Shown: piece by piece, positions 11,615-23,281 of the stretch
Layout of the letters: every line of letters begins with the position of its first letter
Numbering within the stretch: position 1 is the first letter of the stretch
Source: Takakia lepidozioides
Lineage: Eukaryota > Plantae > Bryophyta
DNA length: 64,000 nt
Assembly: GCA_030704615.1 (NCBI GenBank)
Contig: CM060734.1
Span: 19,034,001 to 19,098,000 of the forward strand
Direction of reading: 5' to 3'
Made by a program: the position numbers and the translations under genes
Notes under the pieces: model-generated
What the model was told of the DNA's origin: nothing
The model's input: only the letters and a program-made list of their open reading frames with translations
Database searches by the model: none

Positions 11615-12145
11615 GACTGAGGGCTGTGACAGGCTGTGCCAGGCTGTGCCCTGTGGCCTGTGGGGCTGTGACGGGTTGTGAGGGGCTGTGACAGGCTGTG
11701 CCCTATGGCCTATGGGGCTGTGACGGGCTGTGAGGGTCTGTGACAGGCTTTGGCCCATGGGGCTGTGACCTTTGTGACCTGTGTAGTGCTGTGACAGGCT
11801 GTGCCATGTGGCCTGTGGAGCTGTGACGGGCTGTGATGGGCTGTGACAAGCTGTGCCCAGTGGCATGTGGGGCTGTGATGGGCTGTGGACAGGCTGTGTC
11901 CTATGGCCTGTGGAGCTTGAGGGGTTGTGCAGACTGTGCTTGTGGCCTTTGGGTTTGTGATGGGCTGTGACAGGCTGTGACATGTGGCCTTGGGGGTTGT
12001 GATGGGCTGTGACAGGCTGTGGCCTGTGGGGCTGTGATCCTGTGGCCTGTGTAGGGCTGAGATAGGCTGTGACCTGTGGCCTTTGGGGCTGTGATGGGCT
12101 GTGGGGCTGTGGCCTGTGTGGGGCTGTGATGGCTGTGACCAGTGA
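11615..12145 (+). repeat. GGCTGTGA minisatellite (5' leader)
   Basis: Same units as 2010-2780, shorter array. Confidence 0.9.
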
Positions 12146-13086
12146 TCTGTGTGGGCTTGTGCTGGTCTGTGGTGGCCCGTGTTGACTTGTGGACGGCCTG
12201 TGCTGACTCGTGGAGGTACTGTGGACTGCCTAAGGACTGGCATGGGGTCTTGAAGGCCGAATTGAAAGCTCATGGAGGGCGGTTTGAGGAGTATCTTCAT
12301 GTGATATTCCCATGGTCATGCAAGTGAGGGAAGAGAGGAGAGGAAGAATGTTGGGATGAGGGCATGCTAAGGTTAGGCATTGCTTTAGCTTCTCTTCCTC
12401 GTAGTTTTCCACCCTCTCATTAGGCCAAGGCCTTTCCGTAGGTGGAGGCAAGAGTCAGTCCGGGTTTGGGTTTCCTTCAGGAGCAACACCGTGGAGTTGT
12501 TTTTGGTGTGGGGGAGTTGTCTTGCTGATTTCTTTGTGGTTTGAATCCCTTTCCATACCTGCATGCTTGACTGTGCGCCATGTTCGGTTTGTGTGGGCGC
12601 TTGTTTTATGGTGATTGGTCCGGATTGGATCACGGCCAGTCCTAGAGCATGCTGTCGATGGTGAGGCTGGGTTGATGACCAGTCAGACCATCATTGTTTC
12701 TCCTGTGGTGAGGTTGGAGGTGATGACCAGCCAACCGTAGGAGTGCTTGCGGTGGATGCAGGTGCGGGTGTAGGTTATGTTAGGAACCTAGTAGTCCAAA
12801 CCATAAGCTGCAACAGGTTCTCTACCCGGTTACCTTGTGGAGAGGGGGTTAGGGACATGCTCATGACCGGTTGAGTGACAGTTTGTCAACACAGAGGTGC
12901 CACTAGTTGCTGGGGACAGTGCCGGTTCGAGCATTAGCGATACTAGTGGGTACACGAGACGAGGTGTGCGGTTTAGGCCACCTTCACCTCCTATGTCTTC
13001 TACGGAAGGTTCTGATTCGCATTGTGAATCAGGAGGACTCACACCGGCGGTGCAAGTTATTTTCCTTGCCATTGTTGTGGGACACA

Positions 13087-14850
13087 ATGGAGGAGATGTA
13101 TGGAGCTACCAAGGGGCCACGAAGGTACTCAGGGGCGGTGGCACCCATCGAGTTGCATGATTTTATCCAAGAGTTTGATAGTTGGTGTGATTTGCAGCAA
13201 ATGCGCAATCCACAACTATTTACGTCTTTCATGGCATGGAAGGGGCTATTTCAGCACCTTGAGGGGCTGCCTATGGATGATTACCATCAGTTCAGGCGGG
13301 GGCATGAGGTTGAGATCGAGGAGTGAAAGATGTACTGGTCACCCAACTATGTCTCCATCACTAGGGGCACTAGAGCCACGAGGGCAGTGGCTACACCTGC
13401 CGCTGCACCGGCAGCTTCAGCAAGCAGTAATGAGACTGGTGATACCATAGCTACGACGTCCACTCAAGCTACTACGCTGCCCTAGCACCAATGGCGGGGC
13501 CTGCTTCAACCCTGTTGTGGAGTTCTTCGAAGAGTTAAGAGGGAACTACCAAGGGGTGAGGACAGAGAAGTTACGGAGCTTGCAAGAGTTCCAACGGAAG
13601 CCTACTGAGAGCTTGAGGGAGGCTTTCACTCGCATGAGGCGCTTGATAAATGTAACCCAAGGGTTTCAGAAGCTCAGGAAGTCCAATTCTGGTATGGGAT
13701 ATTGGACAAGGAGCTGAGGAGAAGGGTGCGGGATGCAACTCTCCTACGAGCGGCCCAACCCACCTTAGTAAAATGTGTTTTTTGCTAGCAGAGCGGATAG
13801 AGCTCAACATGTTGGAGGAACGAGTGGTCATGTAGGAATTTGCTAAAGAGACACCACGGGGTAGTGGTGCTCCTAGCCACCCACTATCTCAACGTGCTCA
13901 AGGCAATAAGGGGGCTCAAGTGAAGCTCAGGGAAGGACAGAGGAACCTCAGATGCAGGGGTCCTCTCCCTTCATTTGCAGCCAACAACGGGCGGAGGTTG
14001 TGTGTGTTGGACATGTGGAGGATCCCATGTCAAGAAGGATTTCCCCCAGAGGGAGGCAAAGGGCCGGCACATGCACAGCCTCACAGTTGCAGTGTGGGAT
14101 TGTGGCAAGCACGGGCATGGAGAGGCCCAGTGTTATGTTTGCATCCTGATTGCGCCCAGGCCAGTTCCAAGGGAAACAATGGTTGGCCGGGGCGAGGTGG
14201 AGCAAGCCCAGAGAGGACGAGGTGGCTAGGCATGAAATGCAGGCCCAAGGCAACACTCAACATGGCCCAATGATGCGAAGGTCAGGTTGTTGACCAAGGC
14301 ATGGCCAACCGTCTTCAATCAGCTAGAGCAGAGGCTCGCTGCCATGGCTACAGCTCAGTGGTACTTACTGATCCAGGCCGGATGGTCCCCCTCCTGCTCC
14401 TGAGGGAGGATATGGGAGGCATGGATTCCTGTGAGCGGAGCAGCACTACCACTAGTGCAGTGGTTTTGCTGCACCGTAACTCGAGGACAGCACACGAGTT
14501 CCTGAGCCACGAGTGCGAGGTGGATTTTGATACCACAGTGTGGGGTAGGCAATCCGTCAGGCTAGGCTTCCCTCAGTCATTCACGTTGGGGAGACAGTGG
14601 TCGATGCCATCCATGGCACCTAGTTCTCGCCCGCCTGTTACCGAGGCGGAGGGTTTATTATGCCATTGGAGAAGCTTACACACAACAACGGGTAGCACCA
14701 CTACCCAGTGTTGCCAAGGCTACGGCAGCTAGTGTGCTGCTGGGAAACGGCCACATCTGTGTGCCAGGCTCCATTGTTCTCGGCTACCATGATTGCGACG
14801 CCGGGGGTAAGACCAGTTGAGGTGTTCAGGCTGGCAGCTACACTCTGTGA
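13087..14850 (+). pseudogene. gag: gag with two zinc knuckles, frameshifted
   Basis: MEEMYGATKG...; CVCWTCGGSHVKKD and CGKHGHGEAQCY at ~14000-14140. Confidence 0.8.
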
Positions 14851-15029
14851 GAGTGTGGGAGGTTACTTCAATTCATCTTTTGCGGGATAGGTGTAGTGCC
14901 GGAGGATCCTCGGATTTGAGGGTCAAGACTGCCACGTCGGCCCCGCCATGACAAAGCTGCATCTGCCAGGTTGATGGAGCTAACCAGCTGCCAGCCATTG
15001 AGCGCGCCATGGTGACACGTGGAGTTTGT

Positions 15030-15500
15030 CATGTTAGACAACCATGATGGCATTTTCTGTTTGAGTGGACCGGGCAGGCAAGAGGTACCGCCACTTGGCG
15101 TGTCTTGTTGGACTCGGACTCAGCCATTGAATACTGGGCAGACTTTTTATTGTTAGGCTTGGGCTCACGGAGGCATATGGAAGCCTTGTCCTTTCCAGAT
15201 ACCGACGTCTCTGGGATGATCGGAGCAGGCTCGGGGCATGACACGACGTGAGTTGGCTATCAGACTACGGCCGGACACCACCTATAAATGGCTCAATGAT
15301 GCGAGCCAAGGCATTGTGACAGACGTCGGTCTTATACGATGTCCTAGTTGGTGGGCACAGTGTTGTTACCCAATGGGCTTCACACCCTGGATTTCTTGGG
15401 ATGAGTTCAGCTTCCTATAGGTCTGGATGGTATTAGGGGGAGGCCCCCTGTGACGTTCATAGGAGAGTTGCGGTTGCCTAGAGGGCAAGATGCCGACACT
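15030..15500 (+). pseudogene. retroviral-type aspartic protease, heavily frameshifted
   Basis: RVLLDS(G)...QPL at 15099-15130, located between gag and the methyltransferase; boundaries approximate. Confidence 0.55.
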
Positions 15501-15829
15501 AGCAGCATCATATTTCACAGCTGTAGTGACTTGGCCTGGAGAGTTGCTAGAAGGGCAACGCTCATTTTCAGAGGATACACACCTCAGGAGAGCAGGTGAC
15601 AGTATGTGTAATGGCGGAGTTGCCTACCATGGTTGCTCAGACTCTATTTGGGGGCACGGGCAAGGATTTGTAGTGGGGTTTGCTGATCAAACGGGGGCAA
15701 CCAGCCTGGGTAGAGGCTTTTTGTACCATCAGGGACGAGGGAGAGTGCGAGGATTGCACCAGGCCACCCAACTCAGTTGTCTCCATTGGACACCACACCT
15801 ATTGTGTGGCAGTATCCGGATGAAAGCAT

Positions 15830-16790
15830 TTGTCTTCTGGACTTGTTTGGCCGGGATCGCACCGGATTGGTGCTGTGGTATCAGACAGGTGTACGAGTTT
15901 GGGCGTTACCTGTATTTGGAGCGGGATGAGACTGCACGACATGTTTCACTTCGTCATGTTGCTCAGTTGGTGCAGCAGTACCATGAGTTGTTGCCGATGT
16001 CTGCAGTTCGTGGATATCAGCAGGCCTTGCCAGCAGACATTTTGTTGTTGGGGACGCAGGATTTGGAGCGGGTTCGCTCCATTGATCTGGTAGTGGCAGG
16101 TTGGCCCTACCAAGGGCATTCATCAGCTGGGCATGGCAATGGATTGTGAGACTCGAGTCGGGTCTGTTTTGGGAGATGGTGCGGGTTTTGCGCCACTTGC
16201 AGCTTCATCAAGCTGTATCTCCAACATACATATTGGAGAATGTGCCACTGATGGGCAATTCTTGGGCTAGGGTGATGGCCAGTGTGCATCAAGTCCGGGT
16301 CGTGGCTTGGGTCAGCAGTGTTGCTAGATGCAGCTATAGTGGGGTCACGGGCTCATCGTCCACGGCTATGGTGGACTAACTTGATGCCACTTGCACTGCT
16401 CAAGCGTGCATTTGATGGGGTGCAGCGGCCAGCATACCTCACAGTGGATAGCATTTTGGACACAGGGAGGCAGTCTCAGAGTGTGAGACATGATGACTGT
16501 TCGCCTTTGGCAGTGGTCAACAAGGTGGGTCAACCACGAGCAGCATTACCTACACTGCTCAGCTTCCCAGGATCGCATGCTTTCCGGGATAGTGGACCTG
16601 GCCTCCTGTGGGATGCTCAGTTGCAGCAGTTAGTGGAGCCTAATGCTGACGAGCGTGAGCGGGCAATGGATTTTACCACTGGTACCACGGCGGTGCCGTC
16701 TCTTTCTGAGGCATCATGTCGTCAAGTGTTGGGGCAAGCAATGGATCTCAATTGCTTGACTTGGATTATCAGCTTGGCTATGGCTGAGCA
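15830..16790 (+). pseudogene. C5 cytosine DNA methyltransferase domain, DNMT3-like, embedded in pol
   Basis: Motifs in canonical order: I LDLFG (~15838); II YLYLERD; IV IDLVVAGWPYQG (16081-16116, PC changed to PY); SGLFWEMVRVL; VI YILENV (ENV 16236-16244); VIII DAAIVGSRAHRPRLWWTNL; IX ERERAMDFTTGTT; X RQVLGQAMD. Confidence 0.9.
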
Positions 16791-17169
16791 ACGCAGAGTG
16801 CATAGTACACTTCCCTCGATGGTCTCTCTACCTACCGAGACGGTACAGGCAGTGAGTGGGGGCAAGCATGAGAGGACCACGTGGTGCAGACATCCATGGC
16901 ACACGTGGGAGGTGCTCGAGGTTCAGATGGAGTTGGCAGCCAGGGCGGCGGTGATGGATGAGGTTGGGGATTTTTCTCGAGTTGAGGAAGTCCTTGAGGA
17001 TGAGATGATGGGGCAAGATGAGGCCTTGTCATTGACTAAGCAGGCAGGGAGTATTGCTCAAGAGGTTGCAACATAGCAACCACTGGACGCGTCCTCTACC
17101 TCTAAGCCCACTGGACTTAAGGTGCAGTTACGGAGGACAATTGGGAGCCTGACATTGGACCCATTGTCA

Positions 17170-18575
17170 CCGGAGGAGAGAGACGACGTATACGGCGGTT
17201 CCTGAGGGCTTACAGGAATTGCTTTGCCTTCAGCTTGAAGGACTTGGGAGCACTGAAGGGTCAAGAGATTCGTATTGAGTTGGCCACTGACACGCCAATC
17301 TTTCGGAGACTCTATAGGTACAGTGACATGGAAAGATCTTTGATTCAGATGAGGACTCAAGATCTTTGGGAGGCTGGTTTGGTGGAGCTCTCTGGTGGAG
17401 AGTATGCTTCAGCCACAGTGATGCCAGCCAAGAAGGATGTCTATGGCAATTGGACGGAGAGACGTATGTGCGGTGATTATCGGCCTGTAAATCGTCAGAC
17501 CAAGTCCGATAAGTATGCCATGCCAACACCGGAGGAGATTTTTGATGCCATTCGGCATGCTAAGGTCTTTAGCACTTTGGATTTATGATCCGGATATCAC
17601 CAGTTGCCGATCAAGGAGGCGGACAAGCAGAAGACGACATTCTGGGGGATCAATGAGCATGGCAAGGATTGCCTATATCAGTGGCGGTTCTTACCATTTG
17701 GGCTTAAGAATGCTCCTGCAGAGTTTCAGAGAGTCATGGATAGGATTCTAGTAGGGGTGGACTTTGCTCGGTGCTACATAGATGATATCATCATCTTTAA
17801 TGCTACGGTAGAGGAGCATGAGAGACACCTTCAGGTGATATTGGAGTGCTTGAGAGCGCACGAATTAAAGTTGCATCCGGGGAAATGCAAGTTTTTCCAC
17901 AACCAGATTGAGTATCTGGGTCACATGATATATCCTGGAGGATTGGGGGTACAACAGACTAAGGTAGAGGCCATTGCACAAATTCCACGCCCCACGGATG
18001 TGAGCCGAGTTCGAGCTTTCATGGGGTTGGCAAACTATTATAGACGGTTTGTCAAGGGATTTAGTGCCATTGCAAAGGCTCTAACCAAGCTGACCAAGGT
18101 GGACCAGGAGTGGCAGTGGGAAGATGAGCAGGAACGAGCTTTTCAAGAGCTCAAGGCGAGGATGATCTCGGCGCCTATCCTGAGACGACCTATCAGGGGG
18201 CGTCCCTTTCAGCTGCATACGGATTGGAGCATGCTGGGGCTTGGAGCGGTGCTCACACAGGTGGATGATGAGGGAAGAGAGTTCGTAGTGGCTTATGCTA
18301 GCCGCTCGAACAACGCTGTAGAGGCTAAGTACAGCTCATATGAGGGAGAGTGCTTAGCTACGGTGTGGGCCGTGGCATACTTTAGGTGCTATCTATACGA
18401 CAATCTCTTCACCCTTGTCACGGATCACCAGCCACTCAAGTGGTTGATGGAGTCAGACAAGCTTACGGGGAAGCTTGCACGGTGGGCACTCATACTCCAT
18501 GAGTATGACTTTCAGGTTGTGCATCGACCGGGTTTGGTCAATCGGGATGCGGATGGATTGAGTCGCAATCCATGC
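17170..18575 (+). pseudogene. pol: Ty3/Gypsy reverse transcriptase and RNase H
   Basis: RMCGDYRPVN; KVFSTLDL*SGYHQ; LPFGLKNAPAEFQRVM; YIDD (17775-17786); KCKFF...YLGH; TDWS...GAVL; TDHQPL; DADGLSR. Confidence 0.95.
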
Positions 18576-18899
18576 ACGAGCCAACATGATGACACTGGAG
18601 CTTGGTGGCATGAGACGGACGAGGAGATGGTGCCGAGATGGCATGCATCTGCATTTTTGTGTATCTTGGCATCGGGAGGTCACGTTGGACCTACAACAGG
18701 GATGTCTGTAGACGGAGTGTCTGAGGACCCTGAGGCTAGTGATGAGCCAGGTGGTACCCGAGATATACATGAGGATTCGGCTGTGTTGGACTACCTCCGT
18801 ACTGGAGACACGGCAGCCACTATGACTGCCAAGGAGAGGGATCGGATCCTGCAACGAGCCAAGAGGTTCAAGTGGGAGGGGATACACCTACTCAAGTAT

Positions 18900-20206
18900 G
18901 GGAGGATGGTCGGGTGAGGATTGTGCCTCACCCCACACAACGTGCACGGTTAGTGCGGCATGCCCATGAGGAGTTGGGGCATTTTGGAGTGCGACGCACT
19001 CATAGTTTACTGCAGGGGCAGTATTGGTGGCGTGGTATGCATACAGAGATGCAACAGTTCGTGGCTAGGTGCATGGTGTGTGATAGGGTGTGTGCTTCAT
19101 TCAATGCCTCTACACCACAGTTGCATCCTTTACCAATCATGGGATTGGGCTACAGGTGGAGTCTTGACTTCGCAAGATCGTTGCCACTGACTATGCGCCA
19201 CCACAGATATGTGTTGGTGATGGTGGAGCACTTCTTCAAGTGGATTGAGTTGGTTCCATTGCCTGATAAGGCTAGTGAGGGGGCTGCGTATGCATTCTTG
19301 GATCGTGTGCTTAGCCGATTCGGTGCTCCAGCTGAGGTACTCACGGACCAAGGGAGAGAGTTCTTGGGGGAGTTTCAGGCTTTGTGTGATAAAACCTTGA
19401 TAGACCACCGCACCACTTCTCGGGATCATCCTGAGGCCAATGGCTTGGCAGAGAGAGTTGTTCAGACGGTGAAGAGGGGTTTGCGCAATTATGGCTTGCA
19501 GAAGGGACACCTAGGAGATTGGGATATTCAGGTGCATTGGTTAGCCATGGGCTACAGGTTCAGCAAGCAAGCATCACTTGCCTCCTTCTCACCGTATTTC
19601 CTTCTCTTTGGCCGAGAGCCGGATTTGTCTGCAGCCATTCGTAGGGACACTGCTCAAGTCCTTAACCTTGACGATCCGGACGTGTGGGTACGTGCATGTG
19701 ATCAGCGTGCAGAGTTGTTCAAGAAAGTCATGCCCATGGCTTTTGAGAACCTTGCCATTGCACAACAGCGTGATACGTTGAGGTATGCCACTATACGTGG
19801 TGGAGGATATCGTCCTGGGGTTCAGAGGTTTAGCCCTGGTGACTATGTTTATTTGAAGCAGACTGCTCCTACGACCCTGGATGTTACTGCAGGGCGTGTT
19901 ATTCTGAGGGTTCGAGAGGTGTTGCCCTCAAGGGTCCTGATCTTGGAGGGTCGGGATGGCATGACTTGGAAGGACCATGTGCGTAATTGTGCGCCATGTC
20001 ACCTTCCCAATGTCGATGGCAGAGTTGACCCAAACTTGGCAGTGGTACCTGCAGGTTTGAGGTGCATGCTCTCTGGGTCTGCCAAAGGGGCAGCCACCAT
20101 GCTGGTGTGTGATCGATGCTCAAGAGGTTGGCAAATGGGATGTTTGACACCACCTCTTGAGAGGGTTCCTGATGGAGATTGGTTATGTCCACACTACTTG
20201 GGATAG
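18900..20206 (+). CDS. DDE integrase with C-terminal PHD finger (open frame within a pseudogenised pol)
   Basis: HHCC zinc domain; D (WSLDFA), D (LTDQGREF), E (GLAERVVQ); C-terminal CMLS..VCDRC..WQMGC..DWLCPHY, a decayed C4HC3 PHD that is better preserved in copy 1. Confidence 0.9.
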
Positions 20207-20773
20207 TGGCAGTGGACATGACTAGAGGCAGCTAACACGACATGGGAGGCCAAGCTCATAGGAGTCAATACACGAGAACCCAGGCTCAAGTTCACAGGTT
20301 GCTAGAAACAGAGCACATGGCGGAGGAGGACCAGCCGCGCGGAGAAGCTGGTGAACAAAGGGAGGAAACAGCAACAGAGGGCGACCCTGACAACATGGAC
20401 ATAGAGAAGCCCGACACCCTTGTTGAGGAAGCGACGCCGAAGGGGAAGAAGGCTGTGTAGATGGGGAGGATGGCTGCGATTGTGGCTCAAGCAGAGGCAT
20501 CTAGGGGTGCTCCTCCCAAAGGACCGAAGGTGATTCTCTCATTTCTCTTGATTGTGGGCAGTGGAGAAGGCATGAAAATTGCGTTCGTTGATCCACGCAG
20601 TTTTTATGCCCTCTTTACTTCTGTTTTCTGTGTCATCATTATGTGTTAGCATATTCGGATCTGTATGAGGGCTCATGGAAGTGTAGACGACAGAGAAAAC
20701 AGGGTGCTCTCAATTCAAACATGTCCTTTTGCTAGACCTTTCATTCTGCACATAGTTGGACATTTCCTGAACC

Positions 20774-20979
20774 GCAGAGACTGAAGGATGAGAGAAGGGC
20801 AATGCGAGCATCCCCAAAAATTGCGTGTTCTCACATTGTCATACCCTGCACTTCTCTCAGTGTATTATCAAGGGAGGTGAATGAAGGGGAGAAAGAGAAC
20901 CCCCTCAAAATTGGGTACGTTGACGCACGCAATTTCTGAGGGTTCTCTCAATGCCCTTCTCTCATCCTTCGGTCTCTGC
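20774..20979. mobile_element. MITE-like element with ~28-bp terminal inverted repeats
   Basis: GCAGAGACTGAAGGATGAGAGAAGGGCA ... TGCCCTTCTCTCATCCTTCGGTCTCTGC; no clear TSD. Confidence 0.65.
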
Positions 20980-21656
20980 TTTCCCTAATATATGAAGAAA
21001 GGTCTGGGAAGTCTGAGCAGTGAGAGATGTCTTTCAAACTTCAAAAATTGAATGTGTTTACGGAGCTCTTTTATGAGTGAAGAAATTGGGTGCGTTGTCG
21101 TACTCAGTTCTAGGCAGGAAAGGAGGGAGAACCATTTATTTATTTATTTATTTTGGGCACTTGTGGCCCTCCAAAATTGAGTGCGTTGACGCACACAGTT
21201 TCAGAGGGCCACAAACGCAGCTGTGGTTCGTCCCCCTTGAGTCATGCTTCTGGTTTTGGAGGGTAGTTCATGTTTGTTGCTTGTCTGGGCACGCTTACTT
21301 CCATTGGGCAAATCAAAACCCTTCAGAACTGAGTGCGTTGACGCGCTCAGTTTCAGAGGGTCTGGTAGCTGATATTTTGTATGTCCTTCCATTGAGATTA
21401 GCTTCCGGTTTTTTTTTTGGGGGGGGGGAGATTCCTCTTTTGGTGTCTGTATGGACATGTTTGTTGGCAGCCAAGAATGGTGTCAATAGCTTATACCTGA
21501 CGAAAGGGGACTGTTCGGGACAAATGGTAATCCTCCACTCCGATAAAGGATAGCATTCTTCTCTTATCTGCTTCATTTCATTTTTCTGTTCACCCCTGTT
21601 CTTTTTCCCTTTTGCATGCATTCGCTCATTTGTGCTTCGTGTTGTCTTCAATGCAG

Positions 21657-22500
21657 ACCCGCCTTTTTGAAGCCATCTGTCTCGTCAGGGTGCACCATTC
21701 TTCGACTCTTGTTGCAGTGAACGAGAAGTTTGATCCAGTGGTCGACGATATGCACTACAATTACGTGGATTCGAATGTCTGTTTGAGAAAGTCGAATGGA
21801 ACACCATGGAGAGGGGCCAAGGAGAAGAGTCCAACTTTTATTCAAATTGTTATTGAGTCACGTTCCCATCCGGGGGCGTGCATCATCGACCTGACTCTTG
21901 GAACAGGTTTGACATCTCTCCTTCTGTGGTCTTTTTTCCCTTAATACACAATTTGTAACATCTTACAACTGTGTCTTGCAGGAGCTTCGTACCATACTTG
22001 CAAGGCAGCGGGCCGGCATTTGTTGGGTATGGAAGGGGATGCAGCCATTTTTACTGAGCCTCCAAGAGTTGCAAGGGCCAATGCCTGCCGCCAAAGAGCA
22101 GGAGACTGAAGTGCATGTCGATATCAATGAGGGAGACGACAAGGACCTCGACGACGATTTCACATGTGAGTAAGTTCGTTTGGTGTTCGCTTCCCAGTTA
22201 TAGCATGTGCCCCCCCCCCATGCCTTTCACATTAGCTAATGCAATACATGTAATTTGGGTGGCAGGATATTGGAAGCTATTCCTTTGCACGACGTCTCTG
22301 TTCTTCAGAGTAACTTGTGGTGTAGCCCTCCTCGTTCATACATCCTCCCCGACTACGCGGAGGCCATTGCTCGTCAGCAGAGTGTCACGATGTCTCCCCC
22401 AACTGCCCGTTGGCCTGTTCGGAAGCCCAATAGGCACCTCGGAGCTCGGGTTTTTGTTGATGACATTGACCAAGTTTCGGGGGATAGTTGTAGTGATTAA
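21657..22500 (+). pseudogene. intron-containing gene fragment similar to N6-adenine/N4-cytosine DNA methyltransferases (SAM-binding C-terminal half)
   Basis: Splicing 21657-21906 to 21982-~22165 across a GT..AG intron (21907-21981) gives PWRGAKEKSPTFIQIVIESRSHPGACIIDLTLGTG/ASYHTCKAAGRHLLGMEGD. A further likely exon runs to a stop at 22500; one frameshift. Confidence 0.65.
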
Positions 22501-22859
22501 AATGCAAACTTTTCCTTTTTTTATGGCATGTGACTGAAATGCAAACTTCATTTTTTTTTTAAATTGTGGTGCCGTGGCGAGCCGTGAGTGTGACACATTT
22601 TGTGTCCTTACGCAACTTTAGAATACCATGGCTGCATTGGAAAGTGGGTTCATGGTAATGTAGTTATAGGATGATATCACATTTTGCTTGTTCTCAATTG
22701 TTAATCATGATTGCCTGCTTATTGGCTGTCAATGCACAGTTCATGGCTTGTATGCATTGACAACAATGTACTCCAAGCAGTTGTTCATTACAGTCTGGAT
22801 TTCACATCATTCTAGAAAGCTGCATGAGCAAAGTTAACATACATGCTCAGCCTCATATG

Positions 22860-23281
22860 TTCAAGGGCACCACACGAATGCCTAACATTGGTTATGGGTC
22901 AAACAAGAAAAAAAAACATGTGTTGCCTAGTGGTTTCGTCAAATTTTTGGTGCACAATGTGAAAGACCTAGAACTCCTCATTATGCACAACCGGTAGTCA
23001 AATTCATCTTCTAATATGTTGTTACAACTAATGGATATGCTTACAACTAATGAATAAGCTTGAAAATTTCAGTAATCTCACAGGAGAGATGAGCAGATTG
23101 TACCTCACTGGCAAGGTGACTAGGTCGCATTTTCAGTCCAGTGCCAGTTTAGGGTAGTGGTGTGGTGTGGTGCAGGAAGTATGGTGCTGAAATGGCTCAC
23201 AATGTGTCGACACTGAAGACGAAAGCGAAAGTGGAGCGTGCTGCACAGTGGAATGTTGCAGTAACCAGTGGGAGAAAATAA
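22860..23281 (+). pseudogene. RPL32: 60S ribosomal protein L32 (eL32) fragment with intron
   Basis: [45 protein letters not shown] / intron 22994-23175 / KYGAEMAHNVSTLKTKAKVERAAQ; N-terminus missing, diverged. Confidence 0.85.

Larger units (their letters stand above)
11490..20302 (+). mobile_element. internal body of the same retroelement family, with full gag-PR-DNMT-RT-RH-IN-PHD and no terminal repeats
   Basis: Collinear with copy 1 from ~1886 to ~7915, plus the ~3.1 kb that copy 1 lacks. Confidence 0.9.

Noticed and set aside
13450-15900. Dense frameshifts as programmed frameshifting or real decay
   Set aside because: Indel density is much higher than in the adjacent RT and integrase and often falls at homopolymers. 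It may be sequencing or polishing error, so individual indels here are not interpreted.
787-20302. DIRS/Ngaro tyrosine-recombinase element
   Set aside because: No tyrosine recombinase motifs seen; a DDE integrase, a protease motif and TSDs are present.
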